This document shows positions 10,801 through 22,800 of a stretch of DNA of 64,000 nt, piece after piece. Source of the stretch: Cenarchaeum sp. (GTDB lineage: Archaea > Thermoproteota > Nitrososphaeria > Nitrososphaerales > Nitrosopumilaceae); NCBI GenBank assembly GCA_965242695.1, contig CBDESU010000001.1, forward strand, positions 896,001 to 960,000. Direction: 5' to 3'. Numbering within the stretch: the first letter of the stretch is position 1; each line of letters starts with the position of its first letter. Made by a program: the position numbers and the translations under genes. The notes under the pieces were generated by a model that was not told the origin of the DNA, searched no databases, and saw nothing but the letters and a program-made list of their open reading frames with translations.

Positions 10801-13800
10801 GCCAACATTACCTCGTCTGCCGTGTACGACCTGTCGGGCAATGCGCTTGAAGGGATAACTGGCGAGCCCGTGTCTGTCGGTCGGTTCGAGGTTGGCGGAG
10901 GCGGATCCGGCACGAGTCCAAACCAGCAGGGCGGCGCCGGCCCGGCCTTTTCGGCCTCGTCGCCGCGCCTGGGGGCAGAGCCCGTCGGCGGCGCCTCGGC
11001 CTCGTTCGAAAAGATTCCGGGCTGGATTGGCGGGCTCGGCCCCGTCGGCGGGGACGGCGACTCGCCGGCGCCGCTCTACAACAATCATGAGCCGCAGCTT
11101 CCCCTGAAACAAATTCCATCGCCCATTCGACTCGACCTGAACACGGGGGTGCTGGTGGTGGAGCTTCGTGAGACCGCCTTTGTTAATCTGAGCGCCGTAG
11201 ACCTTTCGGGCGTTGTCATACACGGCAACGACGTGCACGTGTCCCTCGAAGGTGCATTCTTGGACATGACAGGCGCCACGGACCTGGGCTACGGCCTCTA
11301 TGCATCGACAGTGGTTGTGAACCTCACCGCGGCGCAAAAGGCGGCCGCCGTCGAGGCCGGCAGCGGCGCGGAGCTCAACATTGCGTACGGTGCGTTCAGC
11401 GGATTCATCACAGATGCCAGCATCACGAACAGGGCAATTGCCATAACGAGCGACACGACGCCGCCGGCCCTGCTGGCCGGCGCCAGCTCGCTCGACCTTG
11501 GGATCGGCCGGCTCGTACTCGCATTCGACGAACACATTGCGGCGCCCTCGGCCGTCAATCCGGCCGACTTTGACATCCTGCCCGCGGGCGGCGGCGATGC
11601 CGCGGCGGCTCGCATACACCTCGACGACGCAAGGTCGATCAGCGCATACAACGGCACCGTTGAAGTCGTACTGTCCGACTTCCAAAAGGCGCTCGTCGTC
11701 GGCGCGCGCGGCGGTCCGTCCTCGGCGACCGCGGGCAACGCGTCCGTCAGTACTATGGCCGTCGGAGCCGTGCGCGACGTGGCTGGCAATGCCCTGCCGG
11801 CCCTGGACGCCCTTTCCGTCAACACCCTTGCAGACGGAGCGGCGCCCGTGCTTGCCGCAGCCCCCCTCCTCAACCTGGCCACCGGCACGGTCATGCTTGA
11901 CTTTGACGAGTACGTCGGCGCCGCGGCCGGGATAGTGCCGGCGCAGGTCAGCGTGACGACGCAGGGCGGCCAGTCGATGTCATGGCAGCCGCAGTCCCTG
12001 ACGACGATGGAGAACGGCACGCGCCTCCAGTTCGCGTTCGGCGATGCGCAGACGGCGGCCCTTCGGCAGGCCAACGCGTCCGCGACGGCGCCGCTCTCCC
12101 TGGGCGTGGCCGCGGAAGCGGGGATTGCCGACTTGTCGGGAAACCCGTTTGCGCTGGCGGCAGCCAACCTTACCGCCGTGGATGACGCGACTCCGCCGGC
12201 CCTCGAGCCCGAGACGCTCCCCGTCCTGGACATCGGGCGCGGCACGATCACGATGCGGTTTACCGAGCACATCAAGGCCGGCGGGATCGACATATCTGGT
12301 ATGGCCGTCGAGGATGCCAGCGGAGCCTCACGCGTGCACCTGGCCGGCGCCGCCGTAAAGCCCCCTGTCGACCCATCCTCTCCGTACATTACAGAGGAAG
12401 ATGCATCCCTTGTCATCACCCTTACGGCGGCACAAAAGGGAGCCGTCGCCGCGGCCCAGGCGGCGGCAGGCCCCGTGAGGATCGATGCCCCGCCGTCTGC
12501 CATAACCGACACGGCCGGATTCTGGTTTGCCGGCATGTCCAACCACCCGCTCGACATCGTGCCAGACGCCGTGCCGCCCGCCGTTGCCGGCCCTCCGGCC
12601 CCGCTCCCGACCTTGGACATGGCGCGCGGCGTCCTCTCCGTACAGTTCGACGAGAGCATTGACGCCGGCACGGCCGACCCGTCAGCATTCACCCTGCACT
12701 CGCGGCCTGTCGGCGCCGATTCGGGCGCAGCCCCGACCGCGGTCCTGCTCGGCGCCGCTACCGTCCTGCCGGCCCGAGAAGGCGCCGATGCCACCGTGCT
12801 AGAGCTAGAGCTGACGGCGGCCCAGCTTGCCGCCGTGTCGGGCCTGGCCGGTTCCGCAGGGGCCCCCTCCGTCAACCTGACCATGGCGGACGGCGCGGTC
12901 CGCGACGTGTCCGGCAACGCGTTCGAGGCGTCCGACGTGGGCCCCATTGCGGCCACCGAGGACGACTCTTCGCCGATGCTGGCGGCCGAGCCCGTACTCG
13001 ACCTCGATGCCGGCACCGTCCTAGTACAGTTCAACGAGTACGTCAACGCGAGCGGCATCGACCTGTCCCGGGTGTCGCTGGTTGGGCTCGGTGCCGAGGC
13101 GGCACTCGTGCAGCTCGGCGCAGGCGGCGCCGGCGGGTCGGCGCAGGCGTCCGCACACGGCCAGTACATCGAGAGCGCCGGCGGGTCGGTACGCGCATCG
13201 GCGTCCGTCCTGGTGCAGATGACCGGAGAGCAAAAGGCGCTCGCCGCCCACGCGTCCGTCTCGGAGATCAGCATCGAGGAGGGCGCAGTCGACGACCTGT
13301 CGGCCAACGCCTTCGAGGGCATCGATGGGGCGTTGCTTGCCGTCATACCCGACGAGACGGCGCCCGCCCTGGCAGGGAACGGCACGTACCTGGACATGGG
13401 CGACGGCGTGCTACATGCCGTATTCAACGAGCACGTAGACCCAGCCACTATAGATCCGTCGTACATTGCACTGTCCATATCCCGCGCATCGGCCAACGGC
13501 TCGGCGCCCTCGATCACAAGCCTGGCAGGCGCCGAGCCACTGCGCTCGTCCCTGTACACGGCCGATGCATCGATACAGCTTACGACGGCGCAAAGGGCAG
13601 CCGTCCAGGATGCGATCAATGCGGCCGGCGACACGACGGACGCCGCGGCCATCGAGATACTCGTCCTGCCCGGCGGCGCCGCATCCGACCTGTCGGGCAA
13701 CGGCGCTGCGCGCAGCGCCGCCCCAGTGCAGCTGCGCGCCGACGGGACTGCGCCCGTCCGGCAGGGCGCCGCCGTCCTGAACCTGGCAGACGGGACGCTG

Positions 13801-16800
13801 ACGCTCAGCTTTGACGAGTACATCGACGCATCGTCTGCAAACGCATCGGCCATCGCAATAGAGGACCAGGCCGACGGCCAGCGCACCGTCCTTGACGGCG
13901 CATCGCTTGCGGACATATCAGACTCTGACCGCATCGTCGTCCTGCTCACCCCTGCCCAGCGGGCGGCAGCCCAGGCCGCAAACGCAAGCGCCAACGGCCC
14001 CGTGCGGATCGACATTGCGGCAGCGGGCCCCGCGTTCGGGGACCTTGCTGGAAACGCGTTCGGCGGCGCGTCCAACCTCAACGTCTCCACTACGAACGAC
14101 TCTGCCGATCCAGAACTGGTTGGCTCGCCGGCCCTGGATCTGAACTCTGCCGAGGCGACCCTGACGCTGCGGTTCGACAAGCGCATTCCGGCCGGAGCGG
14201 CCGATGCCTCTGGGATGTATATACAGGGAGCAGACGGGACGACGGGCACGACGAGCCTTGCAGGCGCGGCCGTGTCGCACCGGCAGGTGGCAGGCGGCGG
14301 ACAGGGAACCGACGTCGTGGTGCGCCTCACAGCGGCCCAAAAGGCGTCCGTCGTAGAGTCGTACCGGGCGACGGATGCGTCGGCGGCAACCCTTGACATC
14401 TCGCCGTCGGCGGTGGAGGACCAGTGGCACAACCGGTTCGCAGGACGGGCTGCCGAACCGCTAAACGTCACGGCCGACGCGACGCCTCCGGTAATGATCG
14501 GCGCCCCCGTGGTCGACCTTGGAGCCGGCACCGTTCGCATATCCTTTGACGAGTACGTCCGCGCCTCGAGTATCAACGCGTCCGCCTTGTCGTTCCTGAC
14601 AGGCGGCACGGCGACTACCCTTGCCGGCGCGCACACGCTCACAAGCGTGGATGGCTTGTCAATCCTGCTTGAAATGACCGCGGACCAAAAGGCCGCGGCC
14701 GAGGCCGAGTTCAATGGGGCCGGATACCTGACCGTCACGGCCGGCGCGTCGCTCGTGTCCGACATTGCCACCAATCCGTTCAACCCGGGCGTTCCTGCCG
14801 CAAACGCGACCGTGCATCCCGACTCCAAGCCGCCAGCGCTCCTGCAGGCGCCGCCGCCGTCGCTCGACCTCGGCACCGGCCTGCTCGTACTCGAGTTTGA
14901 CGAGCACGTCGACGTATCCGAGGCCAAGGCGTCGGCCGCCTCGATCGTCCTGCCGCCCGCGCCTTCGTCGTCCGGCAGAACCGCCCCGCATCCGGTCGGC
15001 CTGTCCGGCGCGTCGGTCGCCTCAAGTAGCGACGGCCAGCGCGTCGAGATCGAGCTGACCGCGGGCCAGAGGGGCCTCTTGATCGCAGGCGGCGCCGCAT
15101 CGCCCGGACATGCGGGCGCACAGCTCCGCCTCGGCCAGGGATTCGTCTTGGACCTGGGCGAAAACCCGACCGCGGCCGTCCAGGCGGTTCGCATCGACGT
15201 ATCCCCGGACGGCGCCGCCCCGTCGCTGGACCCCGAGGCGCCGCCGACGCTCGACCTTGGCAGCGGCGCGCTGCGCATTGCATTCACAGAGCAGGTCGAC
15301 CCCGCAGAATCCGACCTCGCGCGCCTGTCGATTGCGGTCTCTGCATCTGCCGATGCGCCGCGCGTACAGCTCGCATCGGCGCACGTTGAGCCTAGGGACG
15401 GCGGTACTACGGTCCTCACGTTGCTGCTCACGCGCGACGAAAAGGGATCCCTCCTGGCATCATCCCAGGGAGGCGGCGGCATGCTGGACGAGGCCCGCCT
15501 CTACGTCGGCACCGGCGCATTCTCAGACCTGTCGGGCAATGCGATCGCAGCCTCGGAAGAGGCCGTATCCGTCTCGGCCGACACAACCCGCCCGCTGCTC
15601 GACCGCTCGGCCGATCCGCTCTACAACTCGGCCCGCTCGACGATCGAGTTCGACTTTGACGAGTATGTCGATGCGGCGGCGGCCGATCCGTCCAAGATTA
15701 CGGTGCGGTCGTACGCCTCGTCGCCTCCCGTATCCATCGCACTGGACGCCTCGTCGCCCGTGGCGCCTGCCGAGGAGGGCCGAACCGGCTCTTGGCACCG
15801 CATCGCCGTCGACCTGGCCGGCACGCCGCAGGCCGATGCGGTAGCGGATGCGGTTGCGGCAGCCGGCGCCGGCGGCGCCGGCCAGCTCCGCATCGACGTC
15901 GAGCGCGGCGCATTCTCGGACCTGTCGGGCAACGAATTTGCCTGGATCGGCAACCACACCCTTGCAACAGCCGACGATGCCCTGGTGCCGGCCCTTGTGG
16001 GCCCTCCCTCGCTCGACCTGGGCTCGGGCGTGCTGACGCTCCGGTTCGGCGAACCCGTGCTTGCCGCGCCCGGCGTACTCCAGACCTCGGACATTCTCAT
16101 CGGCGGCCCGAACGGCTCCGATCCCATTGCCCTAGACCGGTCCCGGGTCGTCGCGCAGGACACCGGCCGCACGGGCGCCTCGCCGCTCGCAGAGATCTCG
16201 CTTGACGCGCACGACCTTGCGCGCGCAAGGGCGCTGTACCTGGACAGTGCTGGCACAATGACGATAACCGTCCCGGCAGCCGACATTCGCGACCGCGCGT
16301 ACAACGAGTTTGCGGGTCTCGACAGGGCGCACCTTGACGTCGTGCCAGACGCGGCCGGCCCATCCCTCGCGTCCGCAGCCCGCCCCGTCCTGGACATGGC
16401 AGCCGGCATCCTGTCCGTGCCGTTCGACGAGGGCATCGATGCGGCGCGCATCGACCCGTCGGGGATAACGCTGCGGCTTGCCGGCGGGGGCGCGGCCGGC
16501 ACGGTCCTTGCGGGCGGCCACGCGTATGCGGCGGCGGGAGGCGGAGGAAGCGATATCGCCCCAACGGCAGTCGTCGTAGAGCTCTCGCACGCCCAAAAGG
16601 CGGCGCTTGCCGCCGATGCCGAGGCGGCCGAGGCGTCCTCGAACGCCGATCCCCGCATATCGATCGCCGCCGGCTCGTTCTACGACGTGTCGGGCAACGC
16701 GGCGCCCGCAGTAGATCTCGCCCGGCTGTCGGTCGTGCCCGACGACCGCCCGCCGGCCGTCGACGCGGCGGCCGCGCCGGTCCTGGACCTCGGCGGGCGC

Positions 16801-19800
16801 ACGCTCGAGATACACTTTGACGAGTACGTCCACGCCGCGGCCTCGAACCTGTCGCTGATCGACGCGTCCGTAATCGATGGCTCGGGCGACGGAGACGGCA
16901 GGCACCGCATTCCGCTCGATGCGGCCAGGATCGAACCGTCCTCCTCGGACGACACCGATACGGTCAGGATCCTCCTGACCGCGAGCCATGCCGCGGCCCT
17001 GGCGACGGCCGTCGAGTCGTCGGCCCTGATCGGGTTTGGCGACCCCGCCCTACTTGTAATCTCGGACGGCGCCGTCGCCGACCTGTCGGGCAACGCGATC
17101 GCCGGCCCCGCCGGCGGCGCCGGCACGACAGCCCGCCTGGCCGTCATACCCGACGGCGCCCCGCCGGCGCTGGATCCTGCGCGCCCGCCCGTCCTCGACA
17201 TGTCCGCCGGCGCGCTGACCGTATGGCTCGACGAGCACGTCGATGCGGGCGCGGCCGACCTGTCGCGCCTAGACCTGGCGGCTGCAAACGGAGACAGCGG
17301 GGACCTGATCCCGACCATATCGCTAGCCGGCGCGGCCGTCGCTGGCCCGTCGCTCGGTTCGCACGGCACCGATACGGTCGTTGTCAGGCTCACGCACGTG
17401 CAAAAGGCGTGGGCCGCAGCGGCCCTTGCGCCGGACGGCGCCGCCATCACCATGGCCGCATCGGCAGGCGCCCTCTACGACCTGTCGGGCAACGCAATGC
17501 CGGCCACCGCCGCCGCATCGCCCGTACGGGTCGCCGCCCTGGCCGACACTGCAGGGCCGCAGCTTGACGGGCTGCCGGTGCTCAATCTTGCACTGGGAAC
17601 GCTCATGTTCGACCTGGACGAGTTTGCCGATGCGACGCAGGTCGCAGCCTCTGGCATGTCCGTCGAGGGCGCCGATGCCGCAAACTCCACAATGCTGGCA
17701 GGCGCGGCAGTCTCGGACGTGCCGCACGGCGCCGACGCCGGACTGCCCGACACGTACTCTGACCGCATAATCGTCGCCCCGACGGCGGCGCAGAACGCAT
17801 CCATCCAGGCGTACGCGCAGCCGATCCGACTCGCAGACCTTCCGGCCGGCTCGCTATCCGACCTTGCCGGCAACGGCATCGAGCGGCTCGTCCAGGTTCC
17901 AATGGTCCACACGAACGACACGTCCGGCCCCGCCCTGGAGAGCGTCAAGGTCGACCTGCGCGACGGCGACGTCATGCTCGGGTTCAACGAGGACATCGAC
18001 GCGGCCGGCGCCGTCCTATCGCACATGAGCCTGTCTCCGCTAGGCTCCGACCCCTCCTCCTACTACCTCGCCGGCGCCGACCTCCTGCTGCCGCCGGGCG
18101 GCGCCCAGACCGACCGGATGGAGCTGCGCCTGTCTGGCGCGCTAAAGGCCTCTGTGGCGCTTGCGTACGCCGCATCGGGCAGCCTTGCATTCGCGGCGCC
18201 GGAAGGAGCCGTCGACGATCCGTTCGGCAACCACGCGGCCATGCTCAACATGACAGCGAACGTCACCGTGGACAACCACCCGCCCATGCTCCTGCAGTCC
18301 TGCCCGCAGGCGCCCGTCCTCGACTTGGGATCGGGCGTCCTGACGCTGCGGTTCGACGAATACGTATCCACGGCGGGCATCGACCCGTCGGCCATATCGG
18401 TGCGCGGCATTGAAGGAGGCGCCGCACCGCCCGAGGCCGTCGCGCTGGCCGGCTCGGAGGTCGAGGCGGGAACCGGCGCCCTTGCAGCGGCATCTGGCAC
18501 GTACTCGGATATGGTCGTCGTCTCTCTGTCCCCCGCGAAAAAGGCGGCCACCGTGCAGTCCGTCGGGTACGACTCGCTAGCCGCCCGGCTCGACATCGGC
18601 GCATCGGCGTCCATAGCAGACCCGTCGGCCGTGCAGCTTGCGGCCGTCCAGAATGCGCCCCTGCTCGTCCGCCCAGACCACGCCCCGCCCCATATAGTGG
18701 CAGGCCGCACTGTCCTGGACCTGGCCGCCGGCACGCTCGTCGTCGCCCTTGACGAGCACGTCCTGCCCGGCCGCGCCGACGCATCGCGCATTACGATATC
18801 CGGGACGGCCACGGGCGCGGCAGCCGTCCGGCTCGCCGGCGCCACTGTGTCGGCGGCGGCAGGGTCGTCAGACACGGTCACGTTCAAACTGACCGGCGCG
18901 CAGGCGGCCGCCGCGGCCGCGGCCACCATGATGGAGCCCGCGTCCGGATCCGGCGGCAATGCGCCCCGCCACGAGGCATCGCTGCGCATCGATGCCGGCG
19001 CGTTTGTCGATCCGTCGGGCAACACGTTTGCCGGCGCAGCCGACGTCCGCCCAGCTATGACGCTGCCTCCCGTGTCCGTACTCGGCGCGTCCGTCGAGTC
19101 GCCAGAGGCCGTCCTGGTCAGATATACGCACAACCTCACGTCTTCGTCCGCCGCCTCGGACTATTCCCTCACGATCAACGGCGCGCAGCGCGCAGTGTCT
19201 GGCGTCGGCGGCTCGGGAACGGCATCGCACACCGTAGGGTTCGGGCCGGCCGCCGCGTCCCCCGACGCGGCCGGCGTGCTCGACATTGGCAGGCTTGCCG
19301 GCGGCATCGGCTCGACCCTGTACGAGTTTTCGGGCGCGCAGGACGTCCCCGTATCAGACGGGCAGGGGCCGTCGGCGCTGTCCGCATTCGCCGTGAACGC
19401 CTCTGCGCTTACGATCAGCTTTGACGAGGCCGTCGCCGGCGTCGACCCGTCCGACTTTGCTTCCGTCTCTCCGCTGGGCGGCGGCGCCCCGGCCTCGGCC
19501 GTCTCTGTCGCCGGCTCGGGCGCCTCGCGCCTGGTGGTCCTTGACGAAGAGATATTCGCGGCCGGCGCAGGCGGAACGATCGACGGCGTGCCGGCAGGTG
19601 CGTACGAGGATGCGGCCGGAAACCCTGGATCCGCAATCGACGGCCTGCCCGTGTCGGCGCCCTCGGGATCCGTTCGTACCGAGGGGACGGCCCCCGTCTA
19701 CCTGGCCGCCGGCACGCTCGTGCGCAACGTCTCGGGCGCCTCGCCGTCGATCGACCTGTCGGGCCTAGGCAGCTCGTTCCCCCGTACGGGCGACTTTGTA

Positions 19801-22800
19801 CTGTCCGCCGACGGCCTGGCGACGGTCACGTTCGCCGCCGGCACGATGGTATCGGGCCTCCCCGCCGGCGCCGCTCCGGTCGTCACGGTCTCGGCGGCCA
19901 ACCGCACCGTCCCCGACCGCTCGGTGATCGGCGCCGGCCAGCTCGTGCTCGTAGAGGTCGGAAGCGCATCGGCCGACATCGTGCTTGACAGGCCGGCTCG
20001 CATCGAGCTTGCCGGGGCGGCCGGCTATGCGGCGTTCTGGATGGATGCGGCAGGCACGGTCTCGCTCATCGACCGCGTGTGCACGGAGGACTCGCTCGCG
20101 GCGGCAGAGGCGCAGCTCGGCGCCGGAGAAGAGTGCGCAATCGATGCCGGCGGCAGCAAGGCGATCTACACGTACCACCTCTCCATATTCGGCGCCGTGG
20201 CGCCGCCGTCGACCACGCCACAAGCTCCGGGCGCCGGAACCTGCGCGCCAAACCCGTCCGACTGCCTGTACGTGGCGGCCACCGCCGCCACCGCGGCCCC
20301 GGCCTCCGTCGGCGGCTTTGCCGCCACGGCCGGCGCGCCGGCTGCAGTCAGCCCGTACGACGGCATGCTGTACGCGGCCGGCCCGGCAACGAACCGCTCG
20401 CTCGGCGAGTCCGTGTACGTCCTTGATCCGTCCCGGGGCCACGCCGTCGTCGACGAGATCGGCCTGCAGACCGACCCCGAGCACCCTGCCAGGATGCGCG
20501 TCCTTGGCATCGCCCCCGACATGTCGTCGGACTCGCCGCTCATGCGCGCGACCGCCATGCGCGAGTCTTCCGAGCCGCCCGTGCGCGAGCTCCCGATGAT
20601 CCTTGTCATTGATGCGTCCGACCGCACGCTTGCCAGGCACGGGGCCATCCTGTACACCGACCAGGCCGGCCGAACTGTAGAGTCCGGCGTGCCGGCCCTG
20701 CTGGCTGCGGCCGGAGGCGGCGCCTCTGCCCTCGACGGCCTGGCGTACGTCGGCATGCAGACCATGCCTTCCGGCGTGTCCGCGATGCGGCTTGACGGCG
20801 GCCCCGTCCTGCTCGTCAACACGACGGGCGAATCGGCGCGCGTCGAGCCCATGTACGTGCCGGGCGGGCCCGAGGGCGTGCCGGCGTTCCCGTCGCCGGA
20901 TGCCGGCGGCTACTACTATCCGCGCGAGGGCTGGCAGCCGACCGCAATGGCCGCCGACGGCCAGACGCTCTACATGGTCGGCGCCGCATGGCAGAGCGGC
21001 CCGGCCGCCGAGCCGTCGTCGAATACATTCGGCCTGCTCACGCTGTCGTTTGCCTCCAACGGCAGCGCCGGCGGCGGAGACGGCGGACAAGAGGTGACCA
21101 CGCCTCGCTACGCGCTTGCCGGCGCCGTCGAGCTCGCCAGCCTCCCGGATGCAGAGGCGGACAACTCCTCGTTCACGGCAGCCGGCATGGTCCTTGACCC
21201 GGTGCGGTCGAGGCTGTACGTCCAGTACGGCAACGGCACGATCGCATCGTACGCACTAGGGCCGGCAGGGGACGGCCAGGCCCGCCTCCCGTCGCTCCTG
21301 CACGTGGTCGGCACGGCGGCCGACCCGCGCGGCCTTGCACTCGATGCCGCCACGGGCATACTGTACGCGGCCGCCGGCGACTCGGTCCTCGTATACAACG
21401 CATCAAACAGCCGCCGCATCGCGACCGTAGAAATCGGGCCAGGCGGCGCCGCCGGCCTGTCCGTCTCGCCCGTTGTCCCGCAGGGCGCAGGCGCCGCCCC
21501 CGTCTATGCGATCCCCGCAGTCCAGGGCGATCCGCTTCGCATCATTAGCGCAATCGACGGCCCGCCCCTCGTAGCCGCCGTCTCGGCGCAGGCAGGCTCG
21601 TACGGAACAGGCTCGTCCGTTCCGATCTCGATCGCATTCACGCAGGAAGTCGTCGTCTCTGGAGGCAATCCGGCGCTGGCGCTCGACGTACGGCGCGCCG
21701 CAGACTCGCCCCCGGCGGCCGCCCTGTACCAGGGCGGCTCGGGAACGCGCACCCTTGAATTCTCGTATGCAGTAGCGGCAGGCGACATGTCCGACGACCT
21801 CATGTACGCCGGCACGGACGCCCTGTCGCTGCCGGCCGGAGCGTCGATTGCGGGCGCCGCCGGCGACATGGAGGATGCCGTGCTGGCGCTTCCGGCCCCG
21901 GGCCCCATGGGAGGCGCCGGCGGAGCGGTGCGCATCGACGCGGACGATCCGGCCCAGGCGCCGCCCGTCGTAGTCGTGTCTACTCCCGCCGCCGCCGGAC
22001 CTGGCGGCCCGGCAGGATTCTTCGGCGGCAGTGGTAGTGGCGGCGGAGGCGGGGGAGGCAGCGGCGGCCGAACCGGCCTTGCAGTCGGTGCCGGCCCTGC
22101 CCTTGAAGTCTCGTCCGTATCGTGGGACTGCGACCGGGGCCTGGCCTGGATAACCCTCGGCGGCCTGCCAGCCGGCGCCCCTGCACTTCCCGACGTGAGC
22201 ATACTTGCATCGTCTGGCACGACTGCGGCGCGCGTTGCGTCGGCTGCCTCTGGGCAGGCGACGTACGAGGCCGACCTGCCCGAGGACGAGGTATTCCTTG
22301 TCCGCGCCGTCGCTGTCGACGGGCGCGAGGCCGCATCCGTCTCAAAGACCGTCCGCACGGGCGGGCAGTGCGCGGGCGAGGCCGTCTTCGGCTCTGGGGC
22401 GGGCAGTGCGCCGCCTGCGGCGGCGCCCCCGTCCGCGGATGCGGCCGCGGCGGGCGACGAGTCGGCGGTCGACCCTGCGGGGGATGCGGGCATGGCAGAG
22501 GCAGAGCCGCCTAGCGGCGCCGATGCGGCAGCGGATGCTGCCGCTGGCGAAGACCGCGGGCAGGCTGCGCCCGAGCCGGCGCCCGAGCCCGAGCCGCGGG
22601 AAGAGGCAGAGGCTGCGGAGGCAGGGGCGGATGCTGTGCCGGCCGAGCAGGACGAGCCGCAGGCGCAGCCAGGGCGAGATCCCGCACAGCCGGCAACGGC
22701 GGAGCCCGCACCGGAGGATGCCACTGCCGCCAGCGACGACGGAGGCGGCGGCTGCCTTGTCGCAACGGCCGCGTACGGGACAGAGCTTGCCCCGCAGGTA

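Noticed and set aside
11298-15482. 1394-aa minus-strand ORF and the many other long antisense or alternate-frame ORFs (e.g. 29590..31545, 5968..7344)
   Set aside because: These are shadow ORFs of GC-rich coding sequence, with low-complexity Ala/Ser/Arg/Pro composition and no motifs.
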